This document shows positions 13,805-26,260 of a stretch of DNA of 64,000 bases, piece after piece. The notes under the pieces are model-generated. The model had not been told where the DNA came from. It worked only from the letters and a program-made list of their open reading frames with translations, and searched no databases. A program made the translations under genes and the position numbers. Location of the stretch: NCBI RefSeq assembly GCF_006345805.1, contig NW_021833614.1:1-64000 (forward strand), written 5' to 3'. The first letter of the stretch is position 1. The number at the start of each line of letters is the position of its first letter. Source of the stretch: Octopus sinensis (taxonomy: Eukaryota).

Positions 13805-15850
13805 AATAATGACGATGATGTTGATTATGATGATGACCGTGATGATCATGATGATAATGATCATGATGATGATGGTGATGATCGTGATGAAGTTGACGTT
13901 GACCACGTTGCTGACGAAGATGCGACTCACTGTGACGTTACGATGACAACGCTGACAAGGGGAAGAGCAATCTTGACGATGAGGACGATGAAGATGATGA
14001 CGATGCCGGAGAGTTGAATGAAGGTAGGTGTCGTTATAGTAGTTGCTGTTGATGTTGGTTGCAGTTGATGTTGTTATTGGTGATGATGATGGTGGTGGTG
14101 GTGGTGGTGGTGGTGGATAAAAACGACTACGATGATGGTGACGGTGACAGCGGCGATGACAGCGGCGATGACAGCGGCGATGACAGCGTTGATACGACTG
14201 ATGCTGACGTCACGATAGCAACACTGACAGCGATGTGATGGAAAGTGTGTCTAACCCTTTTATAGGTGACATCGACGACCACGGTGACAACGAGGACAAC
14301 TATGATGATGATGATGAGGAGGAGGAGGAGGTGGTGGAAAAGGATGAGGAGGAGAAGGAGAAGAAAGGGCTGAATTAAAGAAGAGCAAGCACATGTGATG
14401 ACGATGACAATGGCGATAATCTTCATAATGCAGGTGATACTGATGATCATGATGATCATGATGGTGGTGGTGGTGGCAGTGGGGTGATGGTGATGGTAAT
14501 GATGATGATGTTGATGGCGGTGGTGGTGACGATAAAGACGGAGGTGATGATAGCGACGACGACGTCGATGACGAAGAGGAGGAGGAGGAGAAGAAGAAGA
14601 ATGGGTGGAGGAGGAGGAGGAGGAGGAGAAGAAGAAGAATGGGTGGAGGAGGAGGAGGAGGAGGAGAAGAAGAAGAATGGGTGGAGGAGGGGGAGGGAGG
14701 ATGGAAGTAGGTGGAGGAGGAGGAGAAAGGGAGAAGGAGGTGAGGAGGAGGAGGAGGGGGAAAAATTGAGGATAGGTCAGTCTTGATCGAACACAGCTAC
14801 ACCCAACGACATTCCAAACATGACCATCTCATTTTTTATCATGAAGAAGAAAACAATTACATTATCCAGCGTTCACTTTTGGGGAAAAGAAAAAACAAAC
14901 AAACCAAAAGCGATAATTATGAGATATGAGGGATATTTAGCATCTATTTCTAACAGATGGTGGGACTACGTCGAAACTGACCCCTACCCTCGTTTGTCGA
15001 CAACGACGATGATGATGATGATGATGACGACGACGACGATGATGATGGTTGTGGTGGTAGTAGTGACGTTGATGGTGGCAATGTTGGTGGTGGTAATGGC
15101 GGTGATGGTGGCTGTGGAGGTGATAGTGCTGATGATGACATTGTCCGCGGAAATGGTGATGGTGATGGTGGTGGTGGTGGTGGTGGTGGTCGTGGTGGTG
15201 GTGGTGGTGGTGGTGGTGATGGTGGTGGGGTGGTGGTGGTGGTGGTGTAGGTGGTGGTGGTGGTGGTGGTGGGTGGTGGTGGTGGTGATGGTGATGGTGG
15301 TGGTGGTGGTGATGGTGGTGGGTGGTGGGTGGTGGTGGTGGTGTAGGTGGTGGTGGGGGTGGTGGTGGTGGTGGTGGTGGTGGGGGTGGTGATGGTGGTG
15401 GTGGTGGGTGGTGGTGGTGGTGGTGGTGGTGGTGGTGGTGGTGGTGTGGTGGTGGTGGTGGTGGTGATGGTGGTGGTGGTGGTGGTGGTGGGGTGGTGGT
15501 GGGTGGTGATGGTGGTGGTGTGGTGGGGTGGTGGGGGTGGTGTAGGTGGTTGGTGGTGGTGGTGGATGGTGGTGGTGGTGGTGGTTGTGGTGATGGTGGT
15601 GGTGGTGGTGGTGGTGGTGGTGTGTGGTGGTGGTGGTGGTGGTGGTGGTGTGGTGTGGTGGTGGTGATGGTGGTGGTGGTGGTGTGGTGGTGGTGGTGTG
15701 TGGTGGTGATGGTGGTTGTTGGTGGTGGTGGTGGTGTGGTGGTGATGTTGGTGGTGATGTGATGTTGGTGGTTGTGTGTGGTGGTGGTGGGTGGTGAGGT
15801 GGTGATGGTGGTGGTGGTGGTGTGTGGTGATTGTTGTTGTTGTTGTTGTT
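13635..15850. repeat. ~2.2 kb degenerate G-skewed triplet zone: (GAT/GAC), then (GGA), then (GGT)n
   Basis: Degenerate triplet tandems. (GGT)n is densest at 15150-15830. Confidence 0.92.
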
Positions 15851-16445
15851 GGTTGCTGACAACGATTGTGACGTCACGAAGGTGTCATCACAATCTAGGC
15901 TAGACAATTATAAAACATATGATTGATGAGAATATTACGAATGCATGAAAATCTATTACAACTTGACATGTAGCAGAAGGGGGGGGAGGGAGAACGGGAG
16001 GAGGAAAAGGAACAAGGCGAGGAGGAAGAGGCAGAGGAAGAGGCGGTGGCGGAAAAGGGGCAGAGGTTGAGGGAGGCATTCATGTGTGTGTATAAATATA
16101 TATATATATATATTGCACTTGTCTGTGTGTGTGTGTGTGTGTTTGTGTGTAAGGATGAGTGCATCATTGCGTGCGCCATTCAATGTATCTGTGTATGTGT
16201 GTATGTCCATGAGTGTATGTATGTGTATGTGCGTGTATGCGTATGATTGTATTGTTTGCTTATATCTTTATCTTTGTTATGTGTGTGCGTGTGTAAATAT
16301 TGTGAAGGTGCGTAGCGTAGGAGTTAGGATATTTGACTCACGATCGTTAGGTCGTGAGTTCGATTCCTGGCGAAGCGTTGTGTCCTTCAGTAACATACAC
16401 GATTTCACGTTGCCCCAGAATCTAACTGGTATCTATTTTGCCAAA

Positions 16446-16820
16446 AGGCGGTGAGCTGGCAGAAACGTTAGCACGTTGGGCGAAATGCTTAGCGGTATTT
16501 CGGCTGCCGTTACGTTGTGAGTTCAAATTCCGCCGAGGTCGACTTTGCCTTTCATCTTTTCGGGGTCGATAAATTAAGTACCAGTTACGCACTGGGGTCG
16601 ATGTATTAGACTTAATACCTATATCTGTCCTTGTTTGTCCCTTCTATGTTTAGCCTGTTGTGGGTAATAAAGAAATAGGTATCTCTTTTGCCAAATCTTA
16701 AAGGACGAAAAGCAATGTCGACCTGGGCGGAATTTGAACTTAGAACATAAAGAAGGGCAGAATGCCGGTATGCCCTTTGCCCCCTGTGCAAACGATTCTG
16801 TCAGCCAACTCGCAGACCTA
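16446..16820. mobile_element. Two SINE family B copies tail-to-tail (+ 16446-16685, diverged - 16700-16820)
   Basis: Family B head and body, followed by a reverse-complement head. Confidence 0.7.
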
Positions 16821-17183
16821 ACTGCCACATATAACCATTCTGTGTATATGTATTCCACTATGCTGACTGTAGCATACACGTGATCACAAAAACATAAATT
16901 TCACAACATGCGAAATAAACACTACAATGTCACTCGGCACACTTCCTCATGAAGGTCATTCCTAGCTTTCATTGCGCATGCAACCGCGTGCTGCCATCTG
17001 TTGTCGCGCTACAGAACTAGTCCGCGAACTTTTTGATAGCACCGCTTATGAACATTAAAACATTATAATTCAATGAAGATAGCAGAATAAGGTACCAAAT
17101 ACACAAAATAAACATTTATTAATGATTAATAAAGATAGTGAATAGTGAATAATTTGTCCTCTCTCTCTCCCCCCTCTCCCCAC

Positions 17184-17223
<40 letters not shown>

Positions 17224-17297
17224 ATACTTTTCAAAGATTAACTGCTAACACGTTCAGCTGTAGACTACTATTATTAAGAGGCTACTACCCGTAACGT

Positions 17298-17371
17298 GGC
17301 CGGTTAGCTCAGTTGGTTAGAGCGTCGTGCTAATAACGCGAATGTCGTGGGTTCAAGCCCCATACTGGCCA
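17298..17371 (+). tRNA. tRNA-Ile-AAT: tRNA-Ile, anticodon AAT (74 nt, no intron)
   Basis: GGCCGGTTAGCTCAGTTGGTTAGAGCGTCGTGCTAATAACGCGAATGTCGTGGGTTCAAGCCCCATACTGGCCA folds as a full cloverleaf. Acceptor GGCCGGT/ACTGGCC, D stem GCTC/GAGC, anticodon stem TCGTG/CGCGA around CT-AAT-AA, T stem GTGGG/CCCAT, discriminator A. Closely resembles metazoan Ile-AAT tRNAs. Confidence 0.93.
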
Positions 17372-17378
17372 GCAATTA

Positions 17379-17382
17379 TTTT
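17379..17382 (+). terminator. Probable Pol III T4 terminator of the tRNA-Ile gene
   Basis: TTTT run 8 nt after the discriminator base. Confidence 0.55.
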
Positions 17383-17480
17383 GTATTTAGACATGTACGT
17401 GTAGTTTTACCAAATCAACAGTTTCAAATACTCGTGTTATTCACACACCAAAAAAAATGTAGCGTATTATACATATCCTA

Positions 17481-17736
17481 TTGGCTTGGTGCATAATTAT
17501 TGCGACTTTTTTTTCCACAAATTTTATTCAACAAAAACAATAACAGCATTTAACAAAAACATCTTTAAATGACGGTCTGACCATTTTCCAAGCAAATGGG
17601 AAGCAGTAATTGAAGGGGATGGTGAATATTCTTCGGAATTAATCATTTAAAGATGTTTTTTTGTTACGTGTTGTTATTGTTTTTATTGAAACACTTTTAT
17701 TGAAAAAAAAGCCGCAATAATAATGCACCAACCCAA
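17481..17736. mobile_element. Mariner-derived MITE / internally deleted mariner with TA target duplication
   Basis: TIRs TTGGCTTGGTGCATAATTATTGCGAC / GCCGCAATAATAATGCACCAACCCAA resemble the Hsmar1/MADE1 TIR. TA on both sides. Core encodes HFPSKWEAVIEGDGEY, like a mariner C-terminus. Confidence 0.85.
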
Positions 17737-18255
17737 TATTGTATTCCTTCGTTTCATACGTTTCATTCTTCGATTTTTGAAGACCACACTTGCAATACCT
17801 GTGACGTATTGGTTATGCGCACTGCATTAACGGAAGTCGCATCCCCAAGTATCTGCTGCATAGATGGAAACCAACAAGCTGTTTAAGTTGAGATAGTGTT
17901 ACATGCAAAAAGCATTTTCCACTGCAGCACACAATGGAATGGAACCGTGTGAAAATATAAATGGTACCAAACTGTTTTTGCCGAGGTCATACTTTAAGAG
18001 CAAAAGTGAAAAGAGTAGAGGGAGATCGAAATCTACTCTAGTCTGTAAAGAGACACAGGCCAAACAAATCAACTCTATACAAGGACATAGACTGCATCGG
18101 TAGGGACTACCATGATGGCTGTCGCTCTCGAATAGGCCTCTAAAATCATCGAAAATGATAGGCCAAAATGATAAGAGCGTAGGAATGGCTGGGTGGGAGG
18201 TAGATTGGAGACAAAAAGACTAAGTCTCCTGGACATTAATATTTCGTGTTCTACG

Positions 18256-18637
18256 AGTTGCTTACCAACCACATGGTTCTGGGTTCAGTCCCACTGCGTG
18301 GCACTTTGAGCAAGTGTCTTCTACTTTAGCCTCGGGTTGACCAAAGCCTTGTGAGTGGATTTGGTAGACGGAAACTGAACGATGCCCGTCGTATATATGT
18401 ATATATATATATGTATGTATACATATGTATGAGTGTGTGTATCATTTTGTGTGTCTGTGTTTGTCCCCCACCATCGCTTGACAAACGGTGCTGGTGTGTT
18501 TACCTCCCGTAACTTAGCGTTTCGGCGAAAGAGACCGATACTTACAAAGAATAAGTCCCGGGGTCGATTTGTTCGACTAAAGGCAGTGCCCCAGCTTGGC
18601 CACAGTCACATGATTGAAACAAGTAAAAGATTAAAGA
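18256..18637 (+). mobile_element. SINE family A copy, 5' clipped
   Basis: Family A body and tail. Confidence 0.8.
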
Positions 18638-18922
18638 TTAAATTCATAGAGTAAGTTACTCGTTCTCCATGGCAAATAAATGATCAACATCACAACAATC
18701 CCGCTTAACGGCGCATCAGTCAACCGAAGGGTTACTCATTTATATCTAAATGAACTCCAGCAACATGCAATGACAGCACACTTCCAGGTTCGGAAATAGA
18801 AACTACGATGTTATGATTGTATGTACAACACTTTGTCCACAAGGTGACGTGCCTTCGCAGTTGAACAGAAAGTAAAGAAAAATAAATGGTTCATCGTTTC
18901 CTAAGCCAGAGGATAGTTGACC

Positions 18923-18975
18923 ATGACGACGGCACACTTCGGTGAAGACCTCACTGCACCACCCGGCATGCAGCG
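18923..18975 (+). CDS. Weak candidate first coding exon (MTTAHFGEDLTAPPGMQ[R])
   Basis: ACC-ATG context with an in-frame TAG just upstream, strong CG|GTGAGT donor, CpG-containing unique sequence. Confidence 0.22.
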
Positions 18976-21029
18976 GTGAGTCGGATGGAATGCAGTGTCT
19001 TTGTTGCCGCTCGAGTGTTGTAGACATGTTTGGGTGTTTGGGTGGTGACTGTACACGTAATGTTGAGAATAGTATGTTGTTGCTCTTGTTGATGTTGTTG
19101 TAGCTCATGTTGTTGTTTAGCGGCGATGAAGGCCTTCATTTAGCAGAGAAACCTATAATGAAAAGCACTCCAACAATGACCATCACATCTTTTGCTTTAT
19201 CTTCAGGCAGAGGTATCATGCATCTAATACTACGTTACCAAATGTAGCCTTACATCATTTCTTTTAATACAGTAAGGTAGCAGTTAAAGAAAATTTGACT
19301 GCAATTTTTAGTAGATCAGGTGACTTGCTCTGACGTTTCCTGATCACGTGTACCAAATGTACTTCAAATTATATTTGACTGCCTTGAAAAACTGATAAGA
19401 AATAGCATTTTGTTTTAGTTCTTCTGCTAGCTGTTATCCGATAGGCTACGTTATATGTCATTCTTGACGAAGGATCACAGTCAGAAACGTCAAACAATAA
19501 TTTTTTTCTACATTAGACAATATGATACCTTGTACTCCTTTTTGTGCTTTTTTTAATTTTTCGCTTTCATGAAATTGATTAGCGCTGATCTAGTTTTAGA
19601 CAACAACAAATTGAACAATATTTTGTTAATTTTTGACTCATAACTTATATTTTCTGAGTTTCACAACTCATCTCTCTGTCTGTACTTGCTATGGCGTTCC
19701 GCTTCAAGTGTCGTACTCATCGTCGAGTACCCAATTCTTAATAGATGAGTACATAGTTGTATATTGAACTAAGGTTTTCAGTTTATACATTTATACACGC
19801 AGCTGCACTCCAACATCTTACAATGATTTCCGGATTTAAGAAGTTAAAGAATTAATTATTTCATTCATTAATTACCAGAAAATCTGTTAAAGAAACAAAA
19901 CAAGAAACAAAGAAAAACAAAACAAGAAATGAAAAAAAAAAAGAATTATATCAAAGAAATTATATTACTTTATTTTATTTTATTTTAGTTTAGTTTATTT
20001 TATTTTAAACTACCGTTAAATTCATTCGGTGACGGGGGACTGTCCTTCATTATTTGAGCGTAAACTTGGCTCCAGTATTTTCCTAAATATCTGTGTTAAA
20101 TCCATTACAAGTTAATGAAACAGAGGTGTTCGTCAGTTTGGTGGCGTCAGAAACGGTTCGCATTCACCGCTGGAAAAAAGTAAAGAAATGAAAAGAAAAC
20201 CCTCACTGATGATAAGCAAAAAATGCCGCTCGAGAGGCTAGAAATAGCAGCGAAATATTTTCCGAAACATTATACGCTATCACCTTCAATATAAAAAGAT
20301 GTGTATGGTGGAATGTTGTCCCTACTATTTTCTTAGAGATTAGGTCTATCATGAGCCCTAGGACTTGTAAAGCCAGAGTTTAACCCGGTTTCCATTGTGC
20401 ATAAGTAATTGGGATCTAAACACCCACCCCTGAAAAGTGCCGCCAGTCTGTCACGGGGATACTGTGCAGCTATTGCTGGAACGTAATAACAGCTGTGTTG
20501 AGTAAAGCTTCGTAAGATGAGGTGTTTTGCTGAAGAACACAACGCACTGACCCGTCTGGGAATCGAAACGACGGTTTTGCGATTGTATGCGCAACACCGT
20601 AACCGACAGGCCACGTGCCTCCACATGTTCCCGGGTAGAAAAACAGAAAAACATACGGGATAGATATGACAGGAATTTATGTTTTTCATGCATGGTTCGC
20701 TTGACTGACGCTGAGCTAGAGCAAAATAACGGCAACAACAATAACAACAACGACAACGATGCAGACAATTAGGGCTTGGATTACTGATTAAGATTGGAAA
20801 TAAGAGACAGTGTTAATTAAGGCTCGGATTACAAGCTGGGATTAGAAATGAGTTAGGGTTAAGGTTTAGAGTAGGGCTTAGCTGCAGGTGGGCCGGGCCG
20901 CAGTCTGCACATACACTATGTGGTATCAATATTTCTAAAATAATATAATAATAATAATAATAATAATAATAGTAATAATAATAATAATAATAATAACAAC
21001 AACAACAACAACAGCAACAATAACAACTC

Positions 21030-21580
21030 TGAACAACGTTGGACCCCTATAGCAACTGAAGAGTTCATCCAAGCAGTGCAAGAACTAAGCAACTAGAAGG
21101 CACCCGGGCACGATAAGGTCCCCAACTTCTGGTTAAAATATCTGAGAAGAACACATAAAAAGCTGGCTGACTAATTTAATGACATGCTAGCAGAGCCAGA
21201 GACAATGCCTGAATGGCCCACGAAAGGGAAAACTATCATAATTTCCAAATCCACTGAAACGGCAATCCCACAAAATTACAGACCAATAACTTGTCTCCCT
21301 ACAATTTACAATGCATTTACTGCAATAATATCGCAGAGAATAAGCAAGCATCTGGAAGAAAACAACCTGTTTCCAGAAGAGCAGAAGCGATGCTGCAAGG
21401 ACTCATACGGCTGTAAAGATCAACTAATAATCAATAAAACCATAACTGAAGACAGCCGCAGAAAGAAGAAGGGTCTAAGTATGGCTTGGACCGATTACCA
21501 AAAGGCTTTTGATAGTATTCCCCACACATGGATCCTAGAAACACTAGTCATGAACAAGGTAGCACCAATAATCATAAGAA
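21030..21580 (+). mobile_element. R4/Dong-type non-LTR retrotransposon, RT N-terminal fragment (pseudogenised)
   Basis: N*KAPGHDKVPNFWLK, PEWPTKGKTIIISK, NYRPITCLPTIY, EEQKRCCKDSYGCKDQLIINK, LSMAWTDYQKAFDSIPHTWI. In-frame stops upstream of ORF 21184-21609. Confidence 0.88.
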
Positions 21581-21823
21581 ATACTCCCAATTTAAATGTT
21601 TATGAATAGAATTAACCTAGTGAAATCATAAATCCAGCTATCTGAGTAAATGAGTCCCTGGAGGTTGGCGAAACAGTTCATTCATCTTCATAATGACAAG
21701 ACACTGTATAAACATCGTAAACAACTTTTGGCATATTCATAATGACTTAAAATCCAAGTCACAAAGACGGCTTTTTCATGCGCGGCAAAAACACCGGTGA
21801 AGTGAAACATAACACAGCGTGCG

Positions 21824-21837
21824 GTTGTCATGGTAAC
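21824..21837. promoter_or_regulatory. RFX X-box-like motif GTTGTCATGGTAAC
   Basis: Fits the 14-bp GTHNYYATRRNAAC consensus, in a CpG-containing patch. Confidence 0.3.
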
Positions 21838-22355
21838 AAGTTGTTAAAGCCACGCTGTCTGTTAATTGTCAAAAATTAACCAAATTTCCCAAATTTACTT
21901 CCAAATAACATCAGATTCTTTAAATTACGGGATAAAGTAATTAGTTGATCGTAATGAAAATTCAGAGTTGCATCGATACACCAAAATTGAAAGCAATCTG
22001 AGTAAAATTAGAGGGGATTCATTTTGCGAATGAGACTGACTAGGTCCCATCCTTTTTATTGCAAGAAACTACAGTTTTCTCTGGCCAGACTTACAAACGA
22101 TCATCTTTAGAATGTTTGAAACTTTAATATCTACAACTTTCTGACTACTCGAATATATAAACATAACTTATATTGCAGCAACAAATTAAACGCACGATAA
22201 TACAAACCGCACAATTACGAAAACTGTAAATTACAGCAAAACAGATAAAAAGAAAAGAATTCAAAAAATCCACTCCACCCACCAAAAATTCAAAATTTAA
22301 AATTCAACGATATTATATATATACATATATATATTATATATATATATTATATATA

Positions 22356-22393
<38 letters not shown>

Positions 22394-22432
22394 TATATAT
22401 ATAATATATATATATATATGTATATATATATA

Positions 22433-22520
22433 CAACTTATAAACAAGGGTAAAAGAAAAAATTTCTAATGCCAAATATTTGGCATTAGAATTTTTTTCGT
22501 TTGCCCTTGTTTATAAGTTG
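22433..22520. repeat. 88-bp spacerless palindrome (44-bp arms, 3 mismatches)
   Basis: CAACTTATAAACAAGGG..TTCTAATGCCAAAT|ATTTGGCATTAGAA..CCCTTGTTTATAAGTTG. Confidence 0.93.
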
Positions 22521-23083
22521 GTTATAAATTCAACCTTTAAAAGTATTTTTTAATACGCTGGCCATTGATGAATTTTTTCGGAAAAATTATATACTAATTA
22601 GATGTATATATATATTATATATATATATATATATATAATATGGTGTGGTGTGTGTGTGTGTGGTGTGTGTGTGTGTGTGTGTATAACAAACTTTGGTTGT
22701 AGAACAAACAAATTTAAGGTCATCTACTTAACATATCACATCTCGAACATGTAATCACATATAAAAAAAAAAACATAATGCTTTTTCTTATACATAGAAT
22801 TTGGATGCATAAAATAACAGAAGATGAAACAATATTTCATTTAGACAAGCATATAGAAACAGTGAGTACAGTCTATCGCAATATAAAAAATTAAAAATTA
22901 ATACTTCAGCGTCTAAAAAAATGTTTTTAACATTATAATACCTAGAATAATAAATATATAAAAATATAAAAATGTATGAATATATAAATATATAAAAATA
23001 CGTATAAATAAGAATCATATAAATATATAAGGTATAGATAAAAGTTTATCGATTAAGAATCTTTAACGATTAAAAGTTACTTT

Positions 23084-23114
<31 letters not shown>

Positions 23115-23119
23115 TCCTA

Positions 23120-23151
<32 letters not shown>

Positions 23152-23763
23152 TATAATATATATATATATATATTATAGTATTATATATATATATATATTA
23201 TATATACAATATATATATATATAAGAGTAGTGGTACAACAAAGCATTAATGTTTATTGGAAATAGCAGTCGATACATTTACGGTGCTATATTAGACCCTC
23301 AATGTGTATATATTAGCAAAGACGTGTGAGAGCAGCAAACATAAAAAAATTTGTCTTACCTCAAGGAAGAATATTATATAAATGGACAACCCAGAATCGG
23401 ATAATTCAGTACCTAGGTTTCAGACTCTTTAAATACGTTTGTCATTGTAAATTTGATTAGTCTTTATCAGCTGGATTTACCTGGACAATATTTCAAATGT
23501 TGCTACATCAATGCCAGTAAATTCACCTTAGCCGTTAATAGACCGAGAATAGAGAAGAAAGTTTCAATGAAAAAAATATGGTATTGCAATACAAATGTAA
23601 TACTTTCCAGTAAAATAAAGCACTGTAAGGGTAGAAGTATAAATATAGAGTAGTGGTACAACAATGCACCAATGTTTACTGGAAATAGCAGTCGAACATT
23701 TACCTCGCTATAGTAAAAATTCATTGTGTATATACATACATACATACATACATACATACATAA

Positions 23764-23844
<81 letters not shown>

Positions 23845-24427
23845 GTGTGTGTGTGTATGTGTGAGTGTGTTTAATTATATATACAGATATATACATCCCA
23901 ATATATATGCATATGCATGTGTATATGTGTATATGCATGTATCTATATTATATATAACAAGACCGAACTAGTTTTATCTGCTTCTCTATCTTTATATATA
24001 TGTATGTATGTGTGTGTGTGAATGCGTTTGTGTGTCTGCGCGTGTATGTTTGTGTATCATATGTATGTATGTATGTATGTATTTATGTATGTATGTATGT
24101 ATGTATGTATGTATATATGTTTGTATGTATGTATGAATGTTTAAGTAGGTAGCTAAGTAGGTAAGGATGCATATTGTAGTCAATCCGGGGGGGGGGGGTA
24201 CAGTGCAGGACATTTTCCCACCCTGCTTGAGAATGAAACTCCTTAACCAACTGGACATGGATCCATCTACAACGGCGTTTCGCAAACTGTTTACCCTTGT
24301 GTCACACTTAAAATAAAATCCATGTCTCGAGGAACCCCTGCACAAAAAATCTATATTCCATATCTTTCTCATATTTTTTCATCGTAGTTGAAACGTGGTA
24401 AATATATACATACATACACACACACAG

Positions 24428-24545
<118 letters not shown>

Positions 24546-24784
24546 CGTTTTTTCAAGAACATGGATTCTATTGAGACCAGTAAGAAACGATTATGAACTT
24601 CTCCATTGCACTTTTTATAATATTTTTGATAAGGTTCGTTTTTTCAAGAACCGAAACATGTAAAATTCATAAGAAAATTAAAATTTATCTAATATAGTGG
24701 CGTTTTCAAACTTCTTTTTTACAAATATATTTATACATACATACATACATATATATATGTGTATATATATGTGTGTGTGTGTGT

Positions 24785-24819
<35 letters not shown>

Positions 24820-25498
24820 CTGTTATATTTTTTGGTAACATAGTGGATTAAATTCGATGATGTCTATATTACAATATTACAATAACCAATTATATGTTGT
24901 GCGTGTATAGTGATGTTACGACCATGAAATTAGCATTAGCGTATCTCACTCTTTCTCGCGGAGCCTCTAGGAACCTTTTGCGGAACCCTAGGTATCTGTG
25001 GAACCCCGGTGGAGAAGCGCTGAACCCGGTTGAGAAGTACAGTGAGTGAATGACTGAACATGAAATTGTAGATGGTTTGGAGCAACGAATCGTCATGTTC
25101 TATTCTAACAGACCAAGACCTATATCCATATATCTATCCATATATGAGTGTGTGTGTGTGTGTGTGAGAGTGTGTGTGTGCTGTGTGTGTTTGTATATGA
25201 GTGTATGTATGTATGTGTGTGCGTATGTGCATTCTCACTCATTCTCGATTCTCACCTTCGTTTCTAGCACACACCCTATCCTTCCTTTCATCTATTCCTC
25301 ATTTCATTTCCCTTGACTCTCTCTCTCTTCTCTTCTCTCTTTCTCTCTTTCTCTCTCTCTCTCTCTCTATTTATGGAGTCTCTCCTGTCTTTCTCTCAAA
25401 GTATCTTACAACCTATCTAGCGCTTCCTCTATACCTATATGAATACATAACACACATACAGGCATGCAGACACATACACGCGTATACATACATACATG

Positions 25499-25530
<32 letters not shown>

Positions 25531-25779
25531 AAATCTTTGACATCTTTTATTTACTTCTGAGAGTTCTTCAAACGCGACGAACGAATATGGTAATTATCCG
25601 AATAGGCTTGGAGAAGATTAGAAAATACTTATGGCTATCGAATAGTTATCAATAGATATCAATAGCGAATCAGTTAAAAGGCTCTTTGCAATAATTGGTA
25701 TTTCAATAACTGGTGGCTTATACATGTCAGCCATTCATTACTTACCGCCGACAGGTGGCGTGTTAGTCAATACATACAT

Positions 25780-25943
25780 ACGTTTATGTATGCATATATA
25801 TATATATATATATAGATATATATATATATATATATATACACACATGTATACTACATGTGCATAGATGTATATTTGTATATGTATATGTCTGTGCACATAT
25901 AGATACTTGTCGTAGGCATATATGTATTATGTATGAATGTATG

Positions 25944-26002
<59 letters not shown>

Positions 26003-26126
26003 TATGAGTACATATAGATACGTATGTATGCATGTATGTATGTATATATGCATATATATATATATCCTATGTGTGTATGTATCTGTATATGTATATATCT
26101 TCGTGTGTGTGTATATGTGTATACAT

Positions 26127-26165
<39 letters not shown>

Positions 26166-26260
26166 ATATATATATGCTTGCATACATACAAACGTACATA
26201 CATACATGCATATTATAAAGAGCAAGCGGGGAAAGAGAGAGAGAGAGAGAGAGAGCTGAG
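25780..26260. repeat. (TA)/(TG)/(TACA)/(GA) compound microsatellite; similar tracts at 3480-3670, 6160-6700, 22310-22430, 23680-24540, 32315-32830, 47410-47780, 51400-51586, 54500-55060
   Basis: Direct low-complexity tandems that generate the [12 protein letters not shown] ORFs. Confidence 0.95.

Noticed and set aside
14984-15907. 307-aa His/Pro/Thr-rich ORF and overlapping poly-Gly/Val/Trp ORFs
   Set aside because: Translation of degenerate (GGT)n/(GAT)n repeats, open on both strands, with no splice or domain evidence
16305-16400. tRNA-like sequences here and at 45559, 8520-8580 and 2480-2553
   Set aside because: A and B boxes are present but there is no closed acceptor stem, and they continue into SINE bodies
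18951-19139. Minus ORF MKAFIAAKQQHELQQ..
   Set aside because: Short, Q-rich from (CAA) drift, with no domain or supporting splice structure
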